DNA of 50,977 bases from Klebsormidium nitens (GCA_000708835.1 DF236971.1:317506-368482); one strand, 5' to 3'; positions 23,812 to 36,300 are shown, counted from the first letter of the stretch. Made by a program: numbers and translations. Notes: generated by a model not told the origin, from the letters alone.

Positions 23812-26800
23812 ATGCATTCGTCAGCCGTGCAGCCTTCTCCGGTAATGACCGGGGGGGCGGGCCCCGCCAGCTACGATGAGAACAGCTCCTTCCAGGGGAA
23901 TGCTTTCGCGCTGCTCGGGGGACCGATTCTAAAGCGCGCTCTGGGTCATTGGCTGCAGCTCAGGAGATGGTCGCCGCAAACCAAGGAGCGCGCAGTCTGC
24001 ATCGCAGACCTTAGGTCGGCGACGGGGGAAAATGCCGTGGCTCAAATGGAGCTGGTGCTGCACTGCCAGGAAACGACGGGTTTGGAGGAGGAAAAGGGTG
24101 GGTGTTTGGAGGGTGTGAAAAGGCCCAAGGAAGAAGACGGGGTGTCGACTGGTGATACCGGGACTCGCAGGTCTGCAGAATCAGCCCACAAAATGGAAAC
24201 TAGGACGGGAACAAAACCAGCGCAGAACTGCAAAGTGTGCTGCAAAGCAGCCCACGGAAGCGCACAGACGCCTTCGATTCGGACGGTGCTTTCGATCCAC
24301 GGACCGTGATGGCCTTCTTTTCGGACCTCCCGGACAACGACTGGGGCACTCTCTTGCGGCGCATTTACATTGACAGCAGGGGATCAGGAGCCGCGGGGAT
24401 CCCCCGGCTGCCCTGCCACGTGGCAGCCGTCCCGGGGTCGTTCTACGAGCGGCTGTTTCCGGACGCCTTTCTGGACCTCGCCATGTGCAACGCGGCCCTG
24501 CACTGGCTCTCAAGGTAAGCTTATTGTGGGCTGCTTTGCACTGCCCTTAATATAATACGCGATATCGCCCAGATGCGTCAAAGCCCGCGAGGTCGTCGAC
24601 ACAGTAGCTAGCGAAAGTATCTGTATGAGAAACTTTTCGGGTCTCTGGTGAGAGTGTCGTGTTAGGTTTCTTGCTCGGAAACACGCTCGTGATCCTTGTA
24701 TCAAGCTTGGGCGCGTAAAAAAAAAACAAAATTTCTTATCCAAAGTGGAGCATTTCGGGTTGTTCACGACCGTGTTATCAATTCACCATGGCAAGGCTAC
24801 CGCCCATCAGTCGGTCAGCTTGAGAGGCGACAGTATTTCTCTGCTTGCCAGGACGATTATTCATTTCAGACAACAGAAACGTCATTTTCCCCTGCTTCTT
24901 TACTCGTCTCGTAACCTCGGCAATCGGTAAGTGGAATCAATCAACCAGAAGTTCATCCTTCCTTGCTTCTTTACTCGTCTCGTGTCCCCGGAAAGCTGGT
25001 TTCGACGTGATTTTCAGGCAACCAGAGCTTTATCCTTCCTTGCTTTTTTACTTGTCTCGTCCCCCCGGATATCTGATCCCGACGTGGTTTTCAGGCTTCC
25101 GCCCGAGGCTGAGGAACCGGGGTGGAACCCCGGGCGGGTCTGGTGCACTCGGGGCGCCCCGGAGCACGTCGAAGAAGCGTACCGGCGTCAGCAGGCGGTG
25201 GATCTCCGCGCGTTTTTGAATCTCAGGTAGGTGTGCAACTAGCTGGTCCTCAATTAGTCGGACAAACGGGAAGTGTAAATGAGGATTAGCCTTTCAACTA
25301 GGTGAGCAGCGCAAATCAGCCGTTCGATCGGCATTGACGGTCTTTTCACTCCAATTTCCACCTAATGAAATCTCCCGTCTTATAGACTCGTGAACGTTGT
25401 GCGAATTTCGGTCCGGATGACCGCGAACCGGTTTGAGTTCACGTCGATTGCCTCCTTCAACGTGTGCTGACATTTAATCAGCGAACGTAGCGGGTTGGAT
25501 TCCCGGGGCTCAGCCGTGCTTTGCAAGAAAGCTCTTGTCCGAACTGGGTCCGAAGTCGATCCGAAATAATTTGCGGTTCAGACAGAGTTCGGACAGGTTC
25601 GGACAGGTTCGGACCCATTTCGGACATGCTTCGGACTGGTGCTGCAAAACGGACATAAGAGTTCGGATCGGATCCGGTTCAGGTCCGTGACAGGTTTGGA
25701 CTCGCTTCCGATCAGAAGTTGTGTCCGAATCTGACACTTTCTGACGTATCTTCGAAAAGCTGACCTTTCCCACAACATGGCCCCTGAAAGCGCAAGAACC
25801 CAGGTTTCTGATCTGCGGAGAATTCAGAGCAGAACGGAAGGCAGATTCGCGACTCTTCACCCACAATGGTCATCTTGGCTGCACTTTTAGCATCTCTTCC
25901 CGAATCAAGCGTCTGCCGAAGTCAATCTGTAATTCGTTCCCAATCCCGTCACTCTTCCGCCGCGTGCTGCTCCGCCACGTCAGCTTACGTCAGCCTGAAG
26001 CAAATATCACATAACCTGAGGAGAATACTCTGTTCATCACCAAGAGAGCCTCAGTAAAGCTCGCTAAATTGCTCCAGGGGCCTTCTGAGGCGGCCACGCA
26101 CGAGGACCCTTTCGAATCATAATCTCGCATCCACAGGGACACGTGGCATGATCGGGTTTCACGCGGCCTGAACTAATTTGCCGCAGGGCCGATGAGCAGC
26201 GGCCCCGAGGCTCGCTGTGGCTTTTTCTGCAGGCCACGTCAGGGATTTATGAAATCTGATTTGAGCGCCACGTTGTGCGCCACCTGTCCCTAAGGACACG
26301 TGGCATGATCTAATCAAAGAGACCTTCGTTTCGTCGCAGGGCCGCTGAGCTGCGCCCCGGAGGTTTGCTGTGGCTCCTCCTGCCGGCCAAAGATGAAAGC
26401 GGAGGTCTGAGCACCACGTTTGGGCGCATCCTGGAGGACGCGTGGCGAGAGCTGACGCAAGATGGATCCCTGGACACCCACTGGCTCGACAGCTTCAACA
26501 TTCAAGGTGGGCCCTTCCAGCGTGTTATTTGCTTGTTTCTTATATTGTTCTTACATTATGTTTGAATCTTGAAGTTCAGCTTTTTAGGTTCAAGATGATG
26601 TTCGTTCCGCAGAACACTGAATATTGTGTGGGGTCCGAGTGCATTTAATGTGGTCAACCCGCATCTGTAAACTGGACGTCATAATGTTTTGAGAACGACT
26701 GGGGATACGCAAGCGTGACCCGAAAACTCCCCATCAATCTCGTCAATGGCAAAGACTGGTGCGATGACGTTGGAAGAAAGATCAGCCCGCAGTAGTACGA

Positions 26801-28547
26801 TTGCTTCTGCGTTTCTGTGGATTTTGCGCACCACGACTGGAAGACTTGTGCTTATTTACAACACCTTGTCGTACATGGTCATATAAGATTGCGACTGAAT
26901 TTCTGCAGCAAAGATTGACGTTCGCTCAACTTGGAGGTGGCCCGTCGAATCAGTCTTCAGCAAATACTTCAGTCGGTCCAGAGGTTTCGAATTGGTCTTT
27001 GAACATTCTTGCCCACATAAACGAAGGTTCAGTCCGTTGAAACTGCAGACGTTTTCCTCACTTTCTCGTTCTCTGTAACCCGTAGATGCCCTCCCAGCTA
27101 CCGCAAGAACGGGAAGCAGACTCGGGCTGTCGCATAGATCAAAGGCTAAACCAATAAAAAAAAACACTTTCGGGTCGTCGGATCATTCAGCATTTGGCAT
27201 TTCATTGACGAGCTTGCATCTCGCCTCATTCCACGTTCGGTACTTCATTGACGTGCTTGTATCTTGCCTCACACTTCCCCAGATTGAGCAGAAGCTCCAT
27301 AGCACAGAAGCCTAACAAGTAACAGAGACACAGTCTTCTGCAGATCTCTTGATGGAACAGTATACTTCCTTTTCTTTCGTTAACCGTCTACCCTTTAAAA
27401 ACTCTCGACCATCCTTCAGCGGACGTCAAAGCTCCGATTCTACTCAGATCAAAATTCACTCTCTGCAGCATATTTTCCCACTCTTTCGGACGTCCGCCAA
27501 GCCGTGACCGAGTCCGGGGCGTACGACATCCACGCCCTCGAATGCGTCCGGATGAGCGGAACGATGCCGCTGCGGACGGGCCGCGGAACGCTGGCCGGCG
27601 ACGACGTGCAAGGTAAACAGCCCTTTCTGTTGTGTCCGTGCACGAATTCGACCGTCCTTGTTTCGAACTAGAGGATTCCAGACTTCTTGACCAACGAGAG
27701 CTCCTTTTCCAGTTGGTGCTCAACCGTCTGCACGGGGCTAAGGTTGAGCCCACCAAGGCTCCACGTGGCAGAGCAAAGAAGAGAGGCGGGGGCTCTCTTT
27801 CTTCTGGTCACTTGTTGCTAAAGAACACGCAAGTCTGCTTCGTAAGCATTGGGGGTCGGAGCGGAATCTAAAATGTATCTGAATCTGGATGCCCACGTTC
27901 GGTCGTATTGCTGCGTCAAGCCCGCTTATGACACGTCATCGTACAACCAAACAGCTAGCACACTTTCACGTTTGTACTGTCACCAGGGATGTCGTGTTCC
28001 CTGACGTCATCCAGACTCCCTGTATTGTCCCGTTTTCGTAAGGGACTAGCCATACCCGCAAGAGCCAAAAACGAGGCGAGAGTGGAGGTGTGGCTTAACC
28101 AGACGCGCTCATAACGTTCTTTTTGCAAGTGTCCTTATTCGTTGAGTGATGTTTGACTAAATGATAGCATTGGTTTTATATATTCAGGCACATCTTTGTT
28201 TACTCATTGATCCAGGGAGTGCATAAGAAGTAAACTGATAAACCGAGGACGGGCAGCCTCTGATCAGCTCAACCCCAAAGGCTTCATCGCTCTAAGTCTG
28301 CTCGAAAAAGGTTTCAATCCCGGCAATCCAAGCCTTTCTTACAATTCTCTCTTCAGGTACCCCTCGCCTCCCCCTCCCAAGCGTGGCCCACGTGTGGGCC
28401 GTTATTCAGCCGCAGATTTGCGGTCACACGGGCACCGAGCGGGGCAGCCGGTTGTACGAGCGGATGTGCGAGATCTGGGCCCGGGAGCCCGACAAATACA
28501 ACCGGGGGACTGGCGCCGTGATGTGCGTGGCACTGTTCAGGAAGTAA
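23812..28547 (+). CDS. SABATH family methyltransferase, paralog B; exon 1 frameshifted (candidate pseudogene or assembly indel)
   Basis: Same five-exon layout as paralog A: 23812-24514, 25095-25226, 26340-26506, 27469-27612, 28357-28547. The total of 1337 nt is not divisible by 3. The N-terminal motifs are in ORF 23812..24309, while DLPDNDW, PGSFYERLFP and LHWLS are in ORF 24237..24518. Confidence 0.75.
25537..25735. repeat. Degenerate array of TTCGGAC/GTCCGAA ~10-bp units in both orientations, intronic
   Basis: GTTCGGACAG GTTCGGACAG GTTCGGAC..., with inverted GTCCGAA units at the left end and one more at the right end. Confidence 0.8.
26137..26310 (+). pseudogene. Degenerate pseudo-exon copy of SABATH-B exon 3 start with its upstream intron
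   Basis: 17-bp direct repeat GGACACGTGGCATGATC at 26137 and 26294. CGCAG|GGCCGATGAGCAGCGGCCCCGAGG (ADEQRPRGSLWLFL...*) versus the real CGCAG|GGCCGCTGAGCTGCGCCCCGGAGG (AAELRPGGLLWLLL). Confidence 0.8.
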
Positions 28548-29644
28548 TGATGATTGTCTAGCGGCCAATACCCAAGGAGAAACTTCAAGTCTCTGGCAAC
28601 GGATAGTTTGGGTAAATACCGTTCTGGTCAGATTCACGTGGAGGACGACTTTATCCAATAACTGAATACTCTGGCAAAGTAATGCATCGACCACTTTTTG
28701 CTTCTTTCGAACTTGCAACCGTACGTTTGAGAAGCTCAGACGTGCATTCTGGCGGGTGTCTGTCTAATAATGTATGGTATAATTCAGTCCTACGTGTTCA
28801 TTTCTGTCCATGTCCAACAGATACGATTCTACAAATAATGATAAGACCAACATCTTGTCACAACCGGAAGGCTTCGTTTGTGGGGTGGCTCGGACAGACT
28901 GGGATCAACGATGCACATACGAGATCATTCGTCCATTTGAAGCCAAGCCGCGCCGGACACTGCCAGAGACATGGCTCAATCATCTGCATCGGAGGCTCAG
29001 TGTTGCAAAGCGGCGGCGGCCCTCACTAAGTCAAATGCATGCAACAGTTGCAAGCCACTGCGATGGTCTGGCTGAAGTCTGGCTCTGAGTCTGGGCCAGT
29101 ACGAGCCGGTGAGTCTAGCTACCGGCCGGGGCTGCGCAGCTAGCGTAGCATCTTCTATATTTGCGCGCAGCGTACTGTAATCAACGATGCTATGTGAGTT
29201 ATACTCCAGCTCAATTGAATTTGATTTCAGCGGCCGCCGCGGCTCAGCTGGCGGCACTGCCGGCCTCGAGCCTGCAGTGCACGTGAGGGGTCCATGTGAA
29301 CAACTCGGCTCTCTCCATCAAGCATATGTGGGACATCACTTTTGCTACTTGATTGACAGTGGGAAAGGATTTTCTGCAACGATATTGACCTTGCACCATG
29401 TTTCTACGAGAATGTTCCTGTACAGATGAGCTTTGATTTAGGGCATGCTTTGTAATGTGATCCTGTAATACCTATGGCCTTCTCTAAGCGAGCAATGAAA
29501 TAATAATCTTCAGCGGCCTTGCAGTGCCAAAGTGTTACCTATTCCAATAGGTGACTGAAAAACGACAACATATTGTCCTCGAACAATGCTGTCTGTCTCT
29601 GCGTCGACACTCCTTCCGTCCGAGTGTTCTATGAATGAATAAGA

Positions 29645-32565
29645 TTACTCAACAGGCGCAGGCGGCGGGCCCCACTGTCTACTCATCTCCGTTCTGAAAA
29701 CAGAGCACATCCGAAGAAAGCTCGGCATCCCCTTTTCCCGAAACTCTTCGTAGTCCCAAGTCCCGTACAGTTGAGGGTCGTGCGGGTCCGCCCATGAGTA
29801 AACATGCGCTTCCACTGTTCGAGCGGCCCCCGCTGTTTGCGATTGTGATGGAAGAGCCGGCGAGTCTTCTGGATCCCCAGCTCCGCTTGTCCCATCGACC
29901 TGAAAGCAAGAAGATTCTGAATCAAGGAGAGAGCGGAACGAAACACTGTGCTGATCGACCTGCTCCAAGGAGAGGGCTCAACTACCTGCTGATGCAGGAA
30001 AATTGAGATTCTCGCAGATTGGAAGACTTTGTGTCCGATAGCCAGTGTGTTCGACCCGTTTGCAGCTCAAACGCACGACAATCGACTATCCCTGCTTTCA
30101 TAAGTCCGTTCCGCATATTCCAAGCTTGACTAAGTCTGGTCGACTGATCTGGACGAGAACTTCGGACCGACACACAGACTTTGGGACAAACGAGCAGATT
30201 TTCGTTTTAGAAGCCCATCGGACCGTTTGGTCATCCGGGTTGCCGATTCACCATCCACGAGAAGAATGGGCATGTCGAGAATCGAAGCAGTCAGCTTTCA
30301 CGGATGTACTGTTAGAGATTGCGCTTTTGAACATATACCTGGTGATAGTTGTGGACGTCATTCCTGGGCCCGTCATACAGTCCAACAATCAACGGAGGAT
30401 CGTCTCAATGCCCAGGACAGAACAACTAGGATGCTTTCCCCACGGACTCTGAAACGCTCATTACTCAGATTATAACAAGGCAAAGCGAAGTCTCACCATA
30501 AGAACCGCATCGACCAAGCACCGCTCGTAGTCCTCGCTTTCGAATTCGTCGAAGACGGCCTGCTCGTGGTCCGTCAGGTCGAAATAGACCTGCGCGCGAC
30601 CGAGGGAATTTGTTTGTACACGAAGAAACGTCAAACTTTAGGCCTTCGACACGAACATCCGGACACGTAAACTGTGAGTGTGTGAGAAACCCGTGGCCTA
30701 TCAGTACGAGTACTTTCTCGGGGTTGAAAGCCTTTTTATTAGCTTTGGATTGCAATCATCTGTGTCTTTACCAGAAGCAAGCAGGTTATGCTGTGTATTT
30801 TTAAGGTTGCAAGTCGCCTGAAGGCACACAGCTTCCACATGTCTGCTTGGTTCTTCTTGGTTCAAGGCTTCGAAAAGATGCTGACCTGGGTTGCTCAGAA
30901 ACAGTGCAGCACAGTGGACCCTATGGACCAGGACTCCATTGACAAAGAGGAGGCAACGCATCAATCAATTGCCTGTCCCGCTTCTTTGACAAGGTACCAG
31001 ATCCACGACGCAAGACGAAAGCAGGATCTTCGTGGCCTTACAAGTCCAACAACGCGCCCACCGTTCTTCGGGGCAATGGCAGGATAAGACCTGCCCTCGA
31101 TGCTGTAGCGGTGACTGCAAGCAACCAGCACCATCGTCAGATTCACCGTACGTCCTCCAAAATGTCCTGCTGTGTCAGTATGTGATCTGCCCAATGATGG
31201 AAGGTTGCTTTCTATAGGACGTGTTCAATGCTTCTGGACTGCACAACCGCTTTTGGAAGTTCGTTGATGCAGAAAGCCTTTGGCCCAATGCCTTATGTTC
31301 AAAATCAACCTCATTTAGGTAGAGCGTTCTTCAGCAATCGTGTTTGTAGGGGGTAGAGCACTCGATGGGCTAGGGTGGCCCAAAGCTTGACCGATCCCAA
31401 GGAAGATCAAAGGGCAAGCGTTCACACTCTGCCAATGAAGAGATTAAAAATAGAATGAATCCAATAGGCTGACGCCATACGTTCCAGCTCAGCTTGCGGC
31501 ACCAAAACATAGCAACCGATAAGCAAGGGGTCGAGATGGTAGCAAAGGGGCTGGCCCAACGAGCATAATTGCAAATACAATGAGCACATTAATAGCTCTT
31601 TGAGATACTAAAGTCCTCTCCGAACCGTGCTAGATAGTCGCCCATCACACGGCTCACCAATCATAATATCTTCAGTTATAGGTAATTTGCTTATTCTTTC
31701 GTCTTCTGAATAAGCCGCCTTTCGCTGGATTATTTCCAATATAATCATAGAAGGCAAGTTTAGCTGGGATGTTAGACCAGGCCTTAGATGCAGGAACTCC
31801 TTGTGGCGTCTGTGGTGCATCTCTTGGTGGCGAGCCTGGCTCCAGTTTGACAGCAATATTTGTTCTTCAGAGCAACTGGGGAATGCTAGGAAAAGTCCAA
31901 AGTGTGCATTTACAATCTGTTACTAGACCTATGAACCAGTCTGCAAAACTCAGCTGCTTATAAGACATGGCTGTTGAAGGGGGTTTCCTAGCTGAAAATA
32001 TCAGTAGCAGCAACATAAAACACATTAATGGTTTTCTGTGACGCCGTCAAAAATCTCAGCAGGAGGGTGGGGCGGCTGAAGTAAGATGTACATACATGAT
32101 CCCAGATTGAAAAGAAACGACTCCAAGTTCATCAAAATGTCTGGGTAGAGCTACAGCACAACTGGTGGGGGACATATAAAATGTTGTGTAAATCACCAGA
32201 ATTGGAAAGTTTGTATGAAAATGGAACAGCCTCCTGTGTTGGCGATAACCACGCACATCATCCTACTGCACTTTCAATGAAGCCCCCAGAGTGAAGCTGT
32301 AGGCGTTCACTGGTCTTTTCAGATCTGAAAGACAACTCTTTGGCACAAAGTTCTAAAACTTACCTGGTGAGAAGTTCTTTCAACAGAGATGAATCAGCAC
32401 CAGAGCAATTCGTTGTGCTGAGATGCTCAAGGGAAAAGGGACTCACTAGTCCGTCAAGTATGCAGCAGCACAGGGAGGGATCCGTCCTATCAAGATCCGG
32501 ACGACCTCCTCAGCCAGCAGGCTCCCATATACAAACACGTTCTTCACCTCCCCCGCAAGCGACAT
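29645..32565 (-). CDS. AIG2-like / gamma-glutamylcyclotransferase-fold (GGACT) protein, 179 aa
   Basis: [57 protein letters not shown]. Exons 32565-32447, 31114-31042, 30589-30497, 29899-29645 (540 nt). Confidence 0.85.
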
Positions 32566-33363
32566 CTTAGTCATTCATTAATTAAGCACCAGGAAAGCAG
32601 ACACCTGGTGTGCTCGCGGCCTATTAGGAGGGATCTTGCTGTCAAGACAATAACAATACTCAAATGGTGCCCAGCTTTTTGGCCCTGAGATATGTTCAGA
32701 CGCTTGACGAGCTGGCTGATCAATACAGCAACCTGCAGTCTAAGGCACGCCGCCCCAGTTCCCAGCTCCCTTCCTTTACGAGCTATCTAGGGGGGGAGTT
32801 CTGGAGACTCATCATCGTGTTCAGGACTGTTAAAAACTCAGAGTTGCAAGGCTTCAGCAGGCTCTGGAGCCTGAGGTACGGTATTCTGCGAGTTCTGAGT
32901 TTTCGTCCAAATAAAAGATGTGTGTTGATTCTCTTACAAAGCAAAGTCCCGGGTGATTTTGCTTGTAGTTCGGTAGATGCAGGTAGATGCTGCCAAGGTT
33001 GTCAACCAGGCTCAGTATAGGTCCGAAAGTTGTACCCCAGCCCGGTAGTCGCTGCTCGGGGCAGCCGATGTGACCACTCTTTGTTGAGAAAGCAGCTATA
33101 GCTGACAATCAAATACTTGTAATACGAACAACAGTTACTAGTAGCCCTTCCCTTTGTGTGAGTCTGACTCTGAGCTCGTGACTTTCTCGCAGTCTGTCTC
33201 CGAGCAAGGCGGAGAGTTGGCGGAGAGGGAACTTTGCAGGTTAGAAAAGCGGCCAGGAAAGGGGCCAGGGAAAGGCGCTGACACCGGTTGTTGAGGCCCC
33301 TTACATAATATACCAAAGGGATTTTGAGTCGAAGGGGCGAAGGAATTTGTGCGGATTGTCAGG

Positions 33364-36300
33364 ATGGATAGAGATTTTGGAAGCAAGACGGGTGGGGGTG
33401 GTGTAGCGTCCGCCCAGAATGAGGCCATCGATAGAAGGGAGCGCCTGCGGAGGCTTGCGCTTGAGACCATTGATCTTGCTAAGGACCCTTACTTCATGCG
33501 CAACCATTTGGGAAGGTGAACTTGCATCACTTCTTTTTGGAGGAAAATGGGGGATGGAAAATTAATGCCATGCTTTAATGATTCCTTCTACGCATCGAGC
33601 TCAGACGATGGTAAAATTGTAGGAGAAGTGAGCGAGTATAATGACTGCATACTTGCTCACACTGTGATAATGGTGCAAACAACTGCAAAGTACTACTCTG
33701 TACTCTTGACAGGTTGACGGTTCAGTTGCTTGTAAGTTTAGCACAGTTGAAGGCAGGAGGGACCTGTCACTTACGTCATAGGATCTTGCTTTAGTTTCCT
33801 TTTTTGTGAGGAATCAAGCGTAGCATCCTGCCGAATCAGGTCGAAAGGACACAATTCGCATCCCAATTCATTCATTTGAAGTGGCCCAGTGGTATGTTGG
33901 AGTCCTTCTGCAGTATTGAGCAGTGCCGGGCTTCGCTCTGTTCTGCTTTGCATTTTCGTATATAAAATAGTCAATCACCTTTAAGTGAGGCCACAGTTTC
34001 TTGCACCAATTAGCCCGGGTTATCCTAACAAGACTCTCCTTCCGTACTCGCAGCTATGAATGCAAACTGTGCCTCACTCTGCACAACAATGAGGGGAACT
34101 ACCTTGCGCATACTCAAGGAAAGCGCCATCAGCAGAACCTGGCAAAGCGGGCCGCCAAAGAAGCAAAGGATCAGCCGGTCCTGCCGCAGCCAAGCAAGAG
34201 GAGGATCGACCCCCGCAAAACAGGTAAAACTAAGGACCACTTTAAGAAAACTTGCTTTTGGATAAGGGATGGGGGGCGGAGCCTGCCGTGCACATCTAAG
34301 AGTGTGAGAGTCCTACAGCGGGTTATTATTCTGCAGATGCGAGCCAGGTGGATATGTACGGCATGCCTTTGACCTGATGCACAGATTTGCAGCACCCTTA
34401 TGGTCATTGTTACTTCCCGAGCAACGTTCTCTTTCTCGTTTCTGTACCACAAATTCGATGCAAGGCTTCTCCACACACTGCAAAGCATGATGCCCCCTCG
34501 ATTATGCGGAAGCCGGGTCCAGGGGACCGATGTCGCAAACAATTAGGAAAGAGGGCCCCACCCAACTTTCTCAAAACCCCTGTCATGGATCTGGATAAAC
34601 CTGGATATTGCCTAGATAAGTTCCTGGATAACCCACCAAGACCAAGATCTGAAACCTGTACAAACATCTCTCGTCTTTCTCTCCGCAGTCAAGATCGGGC
34701 GGCCTGGGTACCGTGTGACGAAGCAGTTTGACAAGGAGACGAAGCAGCGCTCGCTGCTCTTCCAGGTCGAGTACCCGGAGATCGAGGACGGGGTGGCGCC
34801 GCGCCACCGCTTCATGAGCGCATTTGAGCAGAAGGTGGAGGCGTGGGACAAGAAGTACCAGTACCTGCTCTTTGCGGCGGAGCCGTACGAGGTCATTGCA
34901 TTCAAGGTGGGTGGTGCAGACAGCATTATTGGTGCTATTCATATGTCATAAAGTCTTTGAAGTACCTGCGGTTTGCTGCAGAGCCGTACGAGGTCATTGT
35001 GTTCAAGGTAGGTGGGCCGGGAACGCTTTTGGAGGTGTTCACATATGCAACCCTTTTGAGGGCCTTCTGTTTGCTGTGGAGCCGTAAGTGGTTTTTGCGT
35101 TCAAGGTGGGCAGGAGCGAACAACTCAAGGAGTGATGAGCACATATGCAAAGTCTAGCGTCAAATTGGAAGGCCGTACAAGTCTCCGATTGTCTTGTCCG
35201 CCTGAGTCCGGGAGTACCGGAGTCTGGGGAGGAGGATCGTTGGATGGAGGGTACAACCTGAAGTGTTTCTAGGGCGACCAGAGGTTCCTTTGTATGTTAT
35301 TGCTTGGTGCCACACTTATTGTGGGTCAAGTCTCCTTCTCAAGGCATCTTGGAGGCGGGCCGCTCATGAGACCGTTTCCGAAACTGTCCAGACAAAGCAA
35401 GGGAGAATACGTTCCTCTCGTCTTCCTCTTCTGATGGTGCAGCGCTTGAGTTTCTAATCAGGTCCCACTCATTGACAACGGTTTAGTGTTGCTTCGTTGT
35501 TGTAGAACATTCTTTGGCATTCCATTAGTTCTCATATCCTGAGTTCATTGCTAGGACTGGCTCGGGCATTGTCTACATATTTGTCTATCCCTGAAAAAGC
35601 CCCTCAGTCGCTGCCGTGTCAGCGGGTCGATTGCGGCGACCAATCAGAAGTCGAACCTTAGTGTTCCATTGTTTGCCAAGATGAAACCGAAGTTTCTGGC
35701 GAGCACCCTCGTAGATTCCTGACATCATTACAGACCTGCTGATGACCTGTCTTTTGTTGCAGATTCCCAGCATCGAGATCGACAAAACGAACAACTTCTA
35801 CACTTTCTGGAACCCTGACGCCAAGGTCTTCACGGTATGCTGCGCTTCCTTTTCTGGTCCTGTTGCCATTCTGCAAATGTGGTCTTGTTTTCGATCATGA
35901 AAATCTGCATCTTTGTACGAACCGTGAACTCCCCTGGCTCCCTGTTTACACAACCCATTGATATCGGCCAAGTATTTTTGTTTTAGGCTTTGTTGCGAAC
36001 CAGGGGTCCATCAGACAAGCTGCGGATTTTTCAAGACAAGCTGGTCTTTGCCTAATTCTCAGGCTGGCGGACTGCAAAGAATAGAGAACTACGTAGTTGC
36101 TTTTAGGCCGACCTACGATCTTCGTACTAGTGAATCTTGCAGTGCGGACGTGCCTTGTTGTGCTTTGTGCCGAGCTCGATCTGACGTCGTGGAAGTGTTT
36201 TGCTTACCGTTACAGCATATATCTGAAGCATGTCAAGTTTACCGGCATTTCGTTGTAAAGTCTAGCTTTTTGAGTAGCACTTGTTGGCCCCCCTAAAATG

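Noticed and set aside
24204-24290. Programmed -1 ribosomal frameshift in SABATH-B
   Set aside because: No X-XXY-YYZ slippery heptamer in frame; paralog A is uninterrupted.
25537-25735. TTCGGAC array as a CRISPR array
   Set aside because: Units are ~10 bp with no unique spacers, occur in both orientations, have no cas genes nearby and lie in a eukaryotic intron.
33138-33470. Minus-strand ORF that looks like a plastid transit peptide
   Set aside because: Antisense to the SF3A2 5' UTR and exon 1; I found no phase-compatible link to the AIG2-like gene, which has its own ATG at 32565.
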